The position numbers and the translations under genes are program-made. Positions 31,229 to 45,596 of a stretch of DNA of 64,000 bases are shown here, piece by piece (within the stretch, counting starts at the first letter, position 1; each line of letters starts with the position of its first letter). The stretch is taken from positions 130,758,001 to 130,822,000 of the forward strand of contig OX597819.1 of NCBI GenBank assembly GCA_951406725.2, in the 5' to 3' direction. Under the pieces are notes generated by a model that saw only the letters and a list, made by a program, of their open reading frames with translations, did no database searches and was not told where the DNA came from. Source of the stretch: Octopus vulgaris. Taxonomy: Eukaryota.

Positions 31229-31515
31229 GGAGATGTACCCGCATACCAAGTAATTTGATCTGAGATCGTGTGCTGAAATAGAAAACAATTGCAGCGTGGA
31301 AGGTGTTTATAAGCCATTTAAGAAACACACAAACGTGCCTCGATTCACTTCAACATTTAAGTTTAATTTGTCAAAATATTTTCGTCGCTAAAATCCGCGA
31401 CCTGTTCACTGACAAAGTCCGTGCTGCAGCACGGACAAATTAAACTTAAATGTTAGTAATCAACTGATTTTTGTGTGTTTTGTAAATGGCGTTATAAACA
31501 CCTTCCACGCTGTAT
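31229..31515 (-). mobile_element. PLE-like remnant with fold-back, G3-C8 hammerhead family, copy 2
   Basis: Homologous to 23284-23525; flanked by (TA)n; palindromic junction GTCCGTGCTGCAGCACGGAC. Confidence 0.65.
31367..31416 (-). ncRNA. Hammerhead variant with G3-C8 core, copy 2
   Basis: Same 50-nt motif as 23422-23471. Confidence 0.7.
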
Positions 31516-31520
31516 ATGGG

Positions 31521-31596
<76 letters not shown>

Positions 31597-32052
31597 TATA
31601 TGTTTGCACGCTTATTTGTATGCATTTGCTATTGTTTACGCACTTGCATACACATGAATAACGCTTTACACCATGCACTTACCATCTCATTTGCTTCTTC
31701 AACTCCTTTATGCCACACACATCCTCCCAAACACCCTTCCACATTACCCATCTAACAATTAGGCACACGTACACCCCGACAACCCGATAAACGAACTTTC
31801 ACCATACTTGCACACATTCATATATCCATTACATTAACGCGCGCGCACACATACACGCACATGCACAACGCGCGCGGACCATACTCCTTATGTGCGTTTG
31901 AAACAGAGATACACTCTGATTCATTCATCTACGCATCCAGCCTTCTCTTCTAAACACTCCTCGCAGAACATCATCTCTTTACCTTCCATCCACGTCCTTT
32001 GCCTTTTTTATACACTCACTATTTCTCTATCTCACTTTACCTATGCTTCTTA

Positions 32053-32088
32053 TTTTCTGAAGACGGACTAACATCCGAAACGTTAAGA
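32053..32088 (+). ncRNA. Minimal hammerhead ribozyme
   Basis: tttt-CTGAAGA-c-gga(ctaaca)tcc-GAAA-cg-TT-aaga. Palindromic ACGT stem III; weak stem I. Confidence 0.65.
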
Positions 32089-32412
32089 AACTCTCTTACT
32101 AATATCATGTTTCTCAAACTGTTCTTCCTAATTTTTTTAATATCCATTGTATTATATATGAAGACAGATTCGCTGCGCCGGCACCACTGACGGTAAGAAT
32201 TGAGTCTGTCTCTTTTATAGGTTTCATTCCTAAAAGATATGAACAGATAATCACATAGCTATAGAGTATAAAGAAAGGAGGAGTAAAAGATTGGGTCGCT
32301 TGTAAAGGATTCAGTGTCTTTAGAACTTACAGGAGATAGTCAGATATATTTGGTATAAGGTGTGAAATGTGTGTACGTATGTGGAGGGTGTGCATATCGC
32401 TGTCCTCTCTCT

Positions 32413-32487
<75 letters not shown>

Positions 32488-32939
32488 CGTGCGATTAGTG
32501 TCACGTATGAAGGTATTAAAGGATATTTGAAGGATGAGAGAAATGAAGCGAAAAATGTTAGAAATGGACGTAAAGAACTGAGAAAGGTTAAAGGGTGAGA
32601 TTTTGTGCATTTGTGTTCTCAGAATATTAAATGCGGGCGTGGGTGGAGGCGGCGGAGGAGGTTGGAGGGTTGTGGTGGGGGAGGGCGATGGCGGAGTTCT
32701 AGTATAGTTACGGTAATGGTTGCGGTGGTACTGATTGTGGTGGTGACGATGGAAGTGACGACGGGGGTTAACATGGCGGAGTTTGTCTAGGTTACAGATT
32801 TGCATTTTGTTACAAGATTTTGTAGGAATACTGCTGCTGATATTGTTATTACTGTTGTTGTTGTTGTTCGTGGTGGTGGTGGTGGTGGTTGTGGTGGTGG
32901 TGGTGGTGATTGGTTAGGTGAGGCTAGTGACCTTAAAGT

Positions 32940-33055
<116 letters not shown>

Positions 33056-33912
33056 ATGGAACTGGGATCGGTGATCAATACCTGTCGACAGGAAGAAAAG
33101 TGATTGCGGTGGAGATGGTGGTGGTGGTGGTGGTGGTGGTAATGTGGTGGTGGTGGTGGTCGACGTCGTAGTCGTCGTGGGTGGCAGTGATAGTCCGATT
33201 GTTGTACTACAACTGCTGCTGCTGTTGCTGCAGCTGCCGCTACTACCACCACCACCACCACCTCCACCATCACCACGACCATAACCACATGTTTGATGGT
33301 ATTTGTGATCGGTGGTTGGGGACTGAGGTGGGAGGGAGACTGCTCTCATTGCGGCCAATGTTACGTTGAAAAGCTCAATTAAATCAAAGTGAAAATAAAA
33401 TCCAATTAAGCGTGTTGTTAATTGATATTCCAGTGATAGATTCGGTGAGGAATTAGCGTCTCTTGGAAAATGGTTTCCCGTTTTGGAAAGAAAGAAAAAT
33501 TAAAATCTCAAAATAAAATTTTTTTAAAAATAGAAATATATAAAAAAAAAAATACAAAAGTTACATCAATAACAACTACGGGAATATCAGCAACAACAAT
33601 GGAAGCAATAATAGCCACAACAACAACAACAACAACAATAAAAACAACAATAAAAATAGCAAGAGCAATGGCGATAACAAAGTTAATAGCAATAAAACAT
33701 CAACAACTGGAATGCTACCACCGCCACCACCTCCACCACCACCACCACCACCACCACCAGACCGCCACCATCATCAACAAAAACACCAACAAACACAACG
33801 ATGCAATAACAAAGACAACAACAAATCGATTGAACTTTTATGATATTTGTCAGGAAAAGACAAAAGAAAAACAAACGGAAAATAACGGGGAAAAAGTTTG
33901 GAATTAGACATC

Positions 33913-33952
<40 letters not shown>

Positions 33953-33974
33953 GTGATGATGATGGTGGTGATGG

Positions 33975-34020
<46 letters not shown>

Positions 34021-34471
34021 GATGATGATGGTGGTGGTGATGATGATGATGATGACAAATAAAATATAAACGGAATTTATTACATTTATAACTTTTGTTT
34101 TTAATTGCTAATTTTTCGAAAGGTCTTTTGGTGTTGTTTTATATAGAATTTTATTTCATATTATTTTATTTTATTTATTTATTTTTTTTTTATTTTATTG
34201 TTAACCAAAAATCCATCGCTTGCCGTTCAGGTGATTCAAACGTAACCAAGAGATCGGTAGAAGCTGCCTGGCTTTCAAACAGTTCTTATTAACAGACTTT
34301 CTGACCAGAAATAGCTGCAATCTCGGTATTCCTACAGTCGAGCGTGCCTCTGCATGGTTGCTCGACCTTCAGGAAATAACAATCATATCTCCCTCAAGTG
34401 ACACCCACCCACCCACCCACCCGTCCCGCCGTCTCGAAAACAGTGGAGTGGCTGACATCAGATGAAGCATT

Positions 34472-34885
34472 ACTCTTTTACTCTTTTACTTGTTTCAGTT
34501 ATTTGACTGCGGCCATGCTGGAGCACCGCCTTTAGTCGAGCAAATCGACCCCGGGACTTATTCTTTTGTAAGCCCAGTACTTATTCTATCGATCTGTTTT
34601 GCCGAACCGCTAAGTGACGGGGACGTAAACACACCAGCATCGGTTGTCAAGCAATGCTAGGGAGACAAAGACAGACACACAAACACACACACACACACAC
34701 TTATATATATATATATACATATATACGACAGGCTTCTTTCAGTTTCCGTCTACCAAATCCACTCACAAGGCATTGGTCGGCCTGGGGCTATAGCAGAAGA
34801 CACTTGCCCAAGATGCCACGCAGTGGGACTGAACCCGGAACCATGTGGTTGGTTAGCAAGCTACTTACCACACAGCCATTCCTGT
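34472..34885 (-). mobile_element. SINE family A
   Basis: Near full-length match to the family. Confidence 0.9.
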
Positions 34886-35011
34886 AATAGTTTTATATAA
34901 GCAACGCCCAAAAGAAGAGTGGCTTCCCCAGTCCTGGAATGTCACCTTGGGAACGTATTAGAAACAAATTCAAATTATGTTTCACCTGTCTTTGAATACC
35001 AATATGGAAGA

Positions 35012-35650
35012 TGCGAGAGGGTGCTGAAAATTTCCTGGCCCTGGGGTTATAGAATGTACATAAGGATCAACATATTCTCTTTTCAGGTTCACAAGATTAT
35101 TGCTTAGAGTTCTTTTAGGCCCAGACCACCAGCCAGACCTCTGTAACAACAATCACGTCCGAATTGGAGTAAAATTTCGTTTTCTTGAGATGTTTCTTCA
35201 GATGTGGAAAGAGGTGATAGTCGGAGGGGGCCAAGTCAGGAGCGTGAGGTGGGTTGTCTACCAGTTCGAAGCCAAAGTCGCGTATTATCCGTAGTTTCAT
35301 GCGCTGTGCGTGTTGGCAATTCCTGCAAAAATAGGACACACGGCTCATCTTTCTAACATGTTTCTGCTTCAAAGCTTCACGCAGTTCCTCCAACAGAGAC
35401 ATGATGTTGCGACTCTTTGGCAGGTATTTCATGGGTTGTATTCTGTCTTTGACCCAGAACATTGAAGACTGAATCTTTCCAGCTGATTTCTGAGTCCGAA
35501 ACTTGTTGGGACGCAGTGAACCGCTGTGGCACCACTCCATTGATTCCTGCTTGGTCTGGAGATCACAATGATTAAGCAAAGGTTCGTTCATTGTAAGAAA
35601 AAAAAAACATGAAATCAGCCGCTTCCACTGCAAACCGGTCCAAATTCGGT
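35012..35650 (-). mobile_element. Decayed mariner transposase, 3' half, with TIR
   Basis: ORF 35115-35633: TKQESMEW..SAGKI...FW...PPHAPDLAPSDYHLFPHLK (YSPDLAPSD motif). TIR-like CGAGAGGGTGCTGAAAATTTCC at about 35014. Confidence 0.9.
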
Positions 35651-36135
35651 GTGTAAGGACGGGTACTGGCCGATTCCATTTGTGGTCAATGGGGCCGACG
35701 GACTGACATAAACCTGTTGCTGCTGCTGCTGCTACTACTACTACTACTACTGCTGCTGCCGCCGCTGCTAAAAGACCACAGCATCAACGAAACCACTCAG
35801 CCATGATTGACGGTAATTTCTTCACTATTGCCACTTCAAAATATTTCCTTCAAATATATATATATATATATATACATATATGTATGTGTGTATGTATGTA
35901 TGTATGTATGTATGCATGCATGCATGCATGTATGTATGTGTGTATGTATGTATGCATGTTGTTTGCATTTAAGTACGTATGTATATGTATGCATGTATTA
36001 CGTATGTATGTACGTATTTATGTATGTATATCACTATTCAGTTTTATTTCAAGATTTCTTGCCAATAGAGAAAGAGCCGGTTTCTAACCTAGATTCTAGG
36101 CTCCTTCATTGGAACTTCAACATCAACAAGGTATT

Positions 36136-37020
36136 ACATACATGCATGCATACATACATTCATACATACATACATACATGCATACATACATACATACATA
36201 CATACATACATACATACATACACACATACATACATACATACATACATACATACATACATACATACATACATACATACATACATACATACATACATACACA
36301 CATACATACATACATACATACATACATACATAAATACATACATACACATGCATACATACATACATACATACATACATACATACATACATACATACATACA
36401 TACATACATACATACATACATACATACATACATACATAAATACATACATACATACATACATACATACATACATACATACATACATACATGCATACATACA
36501 CATACATACATACATACATGCATGCATGCATACATACATACATGCATACATACATACATACATACACACATACATACATACATACATACATACATACATA
36601 CATACATGCATGCATACATACATACATACATACACACATACATACATACATGCATACATACATGCATACATACATACATGCATGCATGCATACATACATA
36701 CATGCATTCATACATACATACATACATACATACATACATACATGCATACATACATACATAGACACACACACACACACATACATGCATGCATACATACATA
36801 CATTCACATACATACATACATACATTCATACATACATACATACATACATTCATACATACATACACATATACATTCATACACACATACATACATACACATA
36901 CATTCATACACACACATACATACATTCATACATACATACATACATACACACATACATACATACATACATACATACATACATACATACATTCATACATACA
37001 TACATACATACATACATACA
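36136..37020. repeat. (TACA)n, about 880 bp
   Basis: Seen directly. Confidence 0.95.
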
Positions 37021-38573
37021 TGTGAACTCACTCAAAACACTCTCCGACCATTGGCCTACCACTCTCTGTCTTTTCTGCTGGTATGCCAGAGTCCTTTTTC
37101 TCAGAACTCGATGATCTCGTGTCATCTCGACTCAGCCCTTGCCGTGCACTTGTTTGTCCAACCTTCTCTTGTCCAACGTGCCACCCGGTCTGGGAATCGA
37201 AACTTTGATCTAGTGATCGCGAGCGCACCCTAACCACTAATACCACACACACACACACACACACAGAAATACACAACAACTCGCACACCTCCACACACAC
37301 ACATCCATCTTTGTCCACCTTTGCGACCAGGACCATTTATTCACCCATAAAGATAACCGATGACTTGCGCAGTGACTACGTTTAAAGGGAAGAAGAGTTT
37401 TCACACCGCCAACATCCCTCTCACACCCGTGACGGTCTTCACTCTAGTAATAAAATGGATGCGGATGGAGTTGGATGCAGCGAATGACCAAGATGACGAA
37501 GATGTCTTGCTTACTTCATTTTGCTCTCTGCCCTCCAAAATACGTAACTGCAGCTGCGTTCCCCTCTGTTGAACCATGAAGGCTTCTTCAGCAGAATCTA
37601 CGGACTCCAGTCTCCCTAATATGTTAATTAACCTATAGCTGGGGCCCTGGCAGGGGTTACTACTCCGGGTCGGAGTAGACTTGGGGGCAATAACGGCTCC
37701 ACGGGATGGTTCCACGCTCCTCAAAATCCTGGAACTCTTGAATCAAGATGCAGCTAAAAATCATACCCAGAACATACTGGATGCTGTTAAAAGACATGTC
37801 CAGAATAAACATGAACACACACCCGCACACACACACCACATACGCACCCACACACATACACACATGCACGTACACACCAACAGACATACACAACACGCAA
37901 AGCGTTCCGCTCCACCTCCGTATTTACTGCAAACGTAAAAACAAACATTATCTCACCTGACCTCGTTACAATTTGCACCTCCCAGACGTCGTTCACACGA
38001 TTTAAACCCGTTTCAAACCCGCATAAACCCTATCCAGCCCTTATGGCAGCACGACAAACCTCAGCTCCAAATGATTCGACTTACCCACCACCGTTGGCCA
38101 CACCCAAATACTTTATCTCCCGGTTTCTTTGCTTTAACTTCTCCATCTGTCACTCCCGCTCATTCTCTCCCTCTCAATCTCTTATTCACACTGACTCTCT
38201 CTCTTTTTACTCTTTTACTCTTTTACTCTTGTAACTCTGTCTATCTTTCTCTTCTGTCAACAACTATTTGTCTGCCTCTCTCTTTTTTCTTCTTTTTCCC
38301 CTCTTTCCCTCTCCCTGTCTATGTTTCTAGTTATCCATCCATATAGCTATTTATCTCTCTGTCTGCCTCTCTCCCTTCTCTCTCTCTCTCCTTCTCTCTC
38401 TCTCTCTCTATACCCATCTATCTATCAATTCATTCTTCTAGCTATTTACCCTTCTTTCTCTCTCCTTCCCTCTCTCTCCCTCTGTCTCTCTCTCTCTGTC
38501 TCTATCTCTCTCACCTCTCTCCTTCTCTCTCTCCTTCTCTCTCTCTCCTCTCTCTCTCTCCTTCTCTCTCTCT

Positions 38574-38625
<52 letters not shown>

Positions 38626-39078
38626 CCTCTACGCCACTTTCAATACCCACCGTCTCCCCACTGCTAACAATAACAACCACCCTACCATTACAGCTATGCC
38701 TACGATTCAACTTCTACCACCACCACCACCACCACCACCTGCAACCATCGTCACCATCACCACCACCATCACCACCATCACCACCACCATCACCACCACC
38801 ACCACCATCACCACCACCACCACCATCACCACCACCACCACCTGCAACTATCGTCACCATCACCACCACCACCGCCGCCGCCATCACAGCCACCTTGAAT
38901 TCTATCAACCAACAACAACAACAACACTCCTATACTATTTTTCCGCCATTATTACCACTACCAATATACAACCCTACCACTACTACAACAAATACCACCA
39001 CCAACACCACTACAAACTACAGCATATACACACACACACATACACACATTTGTATACGTGCGTGTTTGCGGGTATCTG

Positions 39079-39131
<53 letters not shown>

Positions 39132-39137
39132 ATATTC

Positions 39138-39185
<48 letters not shown>

Positions 39186-39225
39186 AATATATATATATAT
39201 ATATATACATACATACATACATACA

Positions 39226-39273
<48 letters not shown>

Positions 39274-39369
39274 CTTATATAAATAATACATACATATATA
39301 TATATATAAACATATTCATACATACATACATACATATATACATATAAATAAATATACACATATACATAC

Positions 39370-39420
<51 letters not shown>

Positions 39421-39442
39421 CATACATGCATACATACATATT

Positions 39443-39473
<31 letters not shown>

Positions 39474-40302
39474 CATACATACACACACATATATATATAT
39501 ACATATCCACGCCTTCCCGCCGTCATCACCTCGTGTCAAACGATAGCGCTTTGACAGAACACAACTTCCGTATTTCGCCTCCTGGCGGAGAACGTCGTTG
39601 TTGATTTGCCATCGTTTTCATCTTAATTCTTTCTGACAGGCGTTTTCAAGCCGCAAGCAGTGTCAGCCAAGGAGAGGCGCTAAAACAATCTAATCGCCTA
39701 TATACATATGTGTATGCATGCGTTTACACGTGGCTATTCGGCTATTAGTGTATTTATGGGCTTGTCTCTGTATGTGTGTGTGTACGTACATATCATACGT
39801 ATTTATATCAATTCCTGTTTTATGCATATGAAAACTGCGTGTGTATGTGTGTGTGTTTGTGTGTATGTGTGTGTGTTTTTGCGTGTGTGTGTGTGCTTGT
39901 CTGTGTGCACACGCAGTTCTGTAAAAATGTGTGTGTGTATGTCTATAAATGTGTGTGTGTGTGTGCGTATAACGTACTACATACATATATACATATACCC
40001 TTGTGCATGTATATATATATGTGAATACATGTTTTTTTGGTTGTATATTCATATAAGATTGTGTGTGTGTGTGTGTGTGTGTCAAGACATACGTTATGCG
40101 TTTGTAAGTAACCGAGAATGTGTTGTGTGTGTGTGTTTGTTTGTTTGTGTGTGTGTGTGTGTGTTCTCATTTGTGAACTAATTTCTGTAGATTTATGACA
40201 CATTGTTTGTAATTATTTTATTTGTCTGCATCTGTCAAAAATAAACTTATGCGGGTGTCTCCGCGCAAATACATGTGTGTGTATATATATATATACACAC
40301 GA

Positions 40303-40353
<51 letters not shown>

Positions 40354-40455
40354 TACACATATCTGTCTATGCATCAACATAAGATATATGCATATACACA
40401 CACACACACAAACATGTATAAATATGTTTGTGTGTATGTCTATCTACATGTATGC

Positions 40456-40499
<44 letters not shown>

Positions 40500-40506
40500 T
40501 TGTATG

Positions 40507-40538
<32 letters not shown>

Positions 40539-40752
40539 TGTATGTATGTATGTATGTATGTATGTATGAAGCTATAAAAATGCATTTATGGACGCCATGA
40601 CTATCGAAGCGAATATCTTACATAAACGCATTCCTTTATGTCAATCGCCTAACTTTGAATGTGTGTGTTTATATAAATATATATATGTTGCTAAGCATAT
40701 AATCAAAGTCCAAATAATTGTGTGTGTGTGTGTGTGTGTGTTGTGTGTGTAA

Positions 40753-40792
<40 letters not shown>

Positions 40793-41115
40793 GTGTGTGT
40801 GTGTGTGTGTGTGTGTATCGAGGCGTAAATATTAATGGTGGCGGCAGAAAAAAATCTTGTTGTTGCTGATGTTGATGATGTTGATGGTTTTGATGTCGAT
40901 GGTGGTACCCAGGAATTAGTTACTGGGGTACTGGTGGGCCATTGATAATGTTAATAATAGTGAGCGAGAATGTGCGAGCGAGGGTTGTATGCGCGGGTGG
41001 TTGGTCGGTTGAATGATTTAGTGAGTGACAGTTTGGGTAACGGATGCGGGGAGTGGCATCAATGTAAGCGTTGGTGACATGGTGGTGGTGTTCGGAATAG
41101 TGGAAATTATGTGTG

Positions 41116-41185
<70 letters not shown>

Positions 41186-41248
41186 ACATACATGACAGAT
41201 CATTAGCCACCACACACATTTTTTCTCTCCTTGTTTTTTTCTGTGTTC

Positions 41249-41284
41249 CTTTCTGTAGAAGAGCATAGGCTCGAAACGTAAAAG
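41249..41284 (+). ncRNA. Minimal hammerhead variant (CUGUAGA core), copy 2
   Basis: cttt-CTGTAGA-a-gagc(atag)gctc-GAAA-cg-TA-aaag within repeat 41193-41376. Confidence 0.65.
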
Positions 41285-41372
41285 ACTTTTTCTATTCCTG
41301 AGCGTTATACTAATACATCTGTTTGTTTTATACACCACCTGGCTTCGTCTTCTGTTTTTTTTCGTAAACTCT

Positions 41373-41497
<125 letters not shown>

Positions 41498-41647
41498 TAT
41501 ATACACGTATATATGTATATATACATATGTATACATATACATATATATATACACACATATTTATATATATCATATATATATTTATATACATACATTTAAG
41601 TACATATATAAATAGATAGAGTAATTGATTGATTGATTGATTGATAA

Positions 41648-41824
41648 ATAGGGTACATGTTGAGCAGTATTTCTTTGACATCATTGACTGCATGTGCAGT
41701 ATTGTACCTTGCGTTACCATGAAGTACAATGGCAGTTGCCTTGTAAACGACTGCTTTGGAGAGTGAAAGATCTTCTCTGTGAGCAGGTGGTTTGCTTTTA
41801 ACAATTGTAAATGTGCGCTTGGGA
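41648..41824 (-). mobile_element. Mariner transposase fragment
   Basis: [16 protein letters not shown] resembles the LHDNARPHTA catalytic motif. Confidence 0.5.
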
Positions 41825-42699
41825 TGTATGTATGTATGTATGTATGTATGTATGTATGTATGTATGTATGTATGTATGTATGTATGTATGTATGAATGAA
41901 TGTATGTATGCATACATGTATGTGTATTGTAGTGCAGGATACTAGAAGCAATATTGTCAAGGCAGGAGTAATTTATATTAGCATTATGCGCATTAAAACT
42001 TTGTGATATATGTTTCGGAAGAGTTGCCTAATGAGAAATTGAAATTTTCCAGCTATATTCGTGAAGATGGCTAAATTGAAAGAAGGATTCAACCAGAACA
42101 AAACAGACTACTCCTACCCATCACGAAGACGTTGCTTCCTTCAAAATATTAGTCCATTACGAATCTATAAGAATAGAGAATTAAACATTCTTTAATTCGC
42201 TTACGCCCCTTTCAGATTTGTTGGCATTTCGAAATTCTGCGATGCAATCATAAAATATATTAATCACTTCCATATCTGATTCTTAGCTGCTACAGAAATG
42301 GGGAAATTTAACAATATCCTATTTTATCAAAGCTATATGACACTGCTAAGAAAAGAGAGCATTTTAAAAGAGTTAGATTAGATCGTAATAAAACAAGCAA
42401 TATTTGACCAGTATAAAGAATAATGGAGATACTTCAGCTAACGTTGACCAGTATAAAGAATAAAACAGGGTTGTTTCAGCTGATTTATCAGATCATGGTA
42501 CAAATGTAGTTTGATATTTAGCTTCCTAAATCCCACCCATAAACTTGAAGAATGTTTATTGCAAAAATTCATAACCAATATAAAATATTTCTGACGCGGC
42601 TGTGCATCAGCATGGCCGCAGCTCTGAGCTGAAACTAAAAATTAAAATGTAGATCGAAGCTATTCGGTAGATAGTTATTTAGATCAGAACAAATGTCGT

Positions 42700-43150
42700 A
42701 TTTCGATGAATAAAATTGTGGATAAAGAACAGTTCCTATGTCCAGTATTTGAAATCGTTTCCATCTCATTGGTATTTTGTTTTAAATCCCAACTTGACTG
42801 AATGCTTTTTATTCGTTTTCAACTACTTTGTTGATGCTAACATTGAACCTCCTTTAGCGGAGGATATTCCTTTTGATGGAGTAGATTCTTCAGTTACCAT
42901 GGATTCAGATTCGAAAGAGAAAGTAGAAGATTCTTTTGACAAGTTGATGAGTACTCTTTCATAAAAAATCTTTCTGATGTTTTACCGTAATTCTTCTGAT
43001 GGCAATTTATAAAATGACTCAAATCCATCGAAAATTAAAGTAAGCTTATTTAGATACTTCATAAATCCAATCAGTTTTGTTTTTCCTTTGCTGTTCCATT
43101 CTTTTCTTGGTTCGTTCGATCTCAATTACAGAGACTTTGGGCTATTTCTT

Positions 43151-43210
<60 letters not shown>

Positions 43211-43500
43211 TCTCTTAATAACATTGCTAATGCCGAAATTTTCCTCGGTGTAAAGTCGTCTGCAGCAGAAGATCAACTAAATTCAATTTACTGCAGATTA
43301 ATATAGTTATTAACGACATACTTATTAACCGCAGAATCTAAATTTCGAGCCTCATCTTCGAATGACCGATCCACCTCGTCGTTGTCATCACCGCTGCACG
43401 AGTAGTCATTGGTTAAAACGGTTTGGTCCACATTTTTATTCAGTTTTCTTGCAAATAACATCACATGCAATGAAACAAAATTGATGTCCGTTGTTAAAAT
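42700..43500 (-). mobile_element. Decayed hAT transposase fragment, copy 2
   Basis: HQFCFIACDVICKK, then an acidic linker, then ..EWNS. DNA similarity to about 725-905; split by (CT)n. Confidence 0.65.
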
Positions 43501-43693
43501 TCTTAGAAAGAAGAAGAAGAAGAAGAAGAAGAAGAAGAAGAAGAAGAAGAAGAAGAAGAAGAAGAAGAAGAAGAAGAACAACAACAACAACAACAACAAC
43601 AACAATAAGAAGAAGAAGAACAACAACAACAACAATAACGATAATCATAATAACAATAATAATAATGATAATAATAATAATAATCATTAAAAC

Positions 43694-43751
<58 letters not shown>

Positions 43752-43854
43752 GATGGATGGATGATCTCTAAGTGTGTACGAAAAGTAAAAAGACCCGGAA
43801 TTTCTGATCTAAACAGAAATAATTGGCAAAGATATGGGTGTGTAATTCTGGGTG

Positions 43855-44000
43855 GATATGTGAAAAGTATTAATTAGGAAGAGAAGTCGAAAGATTAATT
43901 CTGTTGGCATAAAATTACCAAAAGATGATACCATTAGATGGCTGGGAAATAATGAACGCTGCATGTACCTAGGGATACTGCAGGACAATTCAAAATGAAC
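43855..44000 (+). mobile_element. R4/Dong-like RT fragment
   Basis: GIKLPKDDTIRWLGNNERCMYLGILQDN resembles GIxLPxGxxIKxL..YKYLGILEAD; lies near a (TAA)n array. Confidence 0.55.
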
Positions 44001-44109
44001 AATTAAATTACACCATCTAGAAAATTACATAAAAATAAAATAACAATAATATATGATGATTAAGTAGATTGCAAAATAATAATAAAAACGTATATATTTG
44101 GTAGAATAA

Positions 44110-44163
<54 letters not shown>

Positions 44164-44309
44164 TGGCACTCCGTCGGTTACGACGACGCGGGTTCCAGTT
44201 GATCTGATCAACGGAACAGCCTGCTCGTGAAATTCACGTGCAAGTGGCTGAGCACTTCACAGACACGTGACACAGTGTGTGACAAGGCTGGCCTTTTAAA
44301 ATTCTCCCC

Positions 44310-45401
44310 CGCTACTGTTCTGACCTCGTCTACAGAATTCATATCTTTTTCCATCCAAAAGATTTCGAAAACTGTAGAATAAATGATAATCAGACGGGGC
44401 AATGCCCGGCGAATATCATGGGTGGGGTATCGCTTTCCATTCAAACTGCACCAGCCTTTGGAATGTCATCCTCGCTGCATATGGCGGAGCATTTTCCTGA
44501 TGGATGAAAACCTTCCGTCTTAAAACCAAAGATGGTTGTTTTTCTCCTAGCACTGACTTATGCCGCTCAAGCATCTCACAATAGATCTCCTTTGTTATCG
44601 TGTAGTTTGGGCTTAGAAGTTCAAAGTGGACTAAACCTTTCATATCCCACCAAAACACCTTACTGTATTAATTAGATTCTCTTTTCCCTACCCACTGTCT
44701 TCGGTGCTTAACATTTTTATAGAGAATCCATTTCTCGTCACCAGTCACTATTCGGTCCAAAAGAGGTTCATTCGTGAGATGTGACTGCAAAGAAGAGCTC
44801 ACATTCACTCTCTGCGCGTGATTAGACTCGGAAAGTTTTTGAGGAACCCATTGACCCAATTTGCTGACTTTTCTGATGGTATGCAGGTATCGATGAATGG
44901 TTGAATGACCAAATCCAAGCTTCTCTGCTAGTTTCTCAACTATGTGTGTATGTACGTACATACCATACGTATTTATATCAGTTCCTGTTTTATGCATATG
45001 ATTTTGTCCCAGCAGGGTTTGCAGGACGTCCATGTCGAGCTCTACAGATCTTCTAGGACGAAGCTCATCTTCTATGCTGTAGTTTCCGGCTCGGAATTTC
45101 TGGAACCACCGTTGACACTGGTTTACGCTTATTGTCTGATCTCCATATACGGCACTTTTCGTTGCGTTGTTGCCTTTATTGAACTCATAAATCAAAATAT
45201 ACCGAATATGCTCCTTTGTCACTTTGTCACAGTATAGCTTTGAAAAAATAGCTGTTAAAATCGAACTGCACAAAGAATAATTGCAAGGTAAAATTACTAC
45301 CTGCTTTTACAGCAAGTTGATGCAGGTAGTTTATCCCTTCCACCTCTGACTTTTAGTTCATACATTTGAAAAAAAACCGCATTATTTATGAAATGGCCCA
45401 A
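44310..45401 (-). mobile_element. Mariner (DD34D) element, decayed, left TIR present
   Basis: EHIRYILIYEFNKG..RWFQKFRAG..WVPQKL..RIVTGDEKW (44668-45273); FWWD..HQENAPP..PHP*YSPGIAPSDYHLF. TIR TATTGGGCCATTTCATAAATAATGCGG. Confidence 0.93.
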
Positions 45402-45596
45402 TATATATGTATACACAGGTGTTGCAGTGTGGTAAGAAGCTTGCTTCCCAACCACATGGTTCCCGTCCCCCTCTGTGTGGTGTCTTGGGTGTCTTCTTCT
45501 ATAGCCTTGGGCTGACCAAACCTTTGTGAGTGGATTTGGTAGACGGAAACTGAAAGAAGCCCGTCGTATATATTCATATATATATATATATATATA

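Noticed and set aside
36060-36115. SECIS-like hairpin (ATGAA stem)
   Set aside because: Lacks the 3' GA of the quartet and any upstream ORF.
37555-37595. Minus-strand CTGAAGA followed by a small hairpin
   Set aside because: No GAAA after stem II.
44161-44300. Possible HDV-like ribozyme in a retroelement 5' fragment (start also seen at about 2903)
   Set aside because: The nested double pseudoknot could not be assigned by eye.
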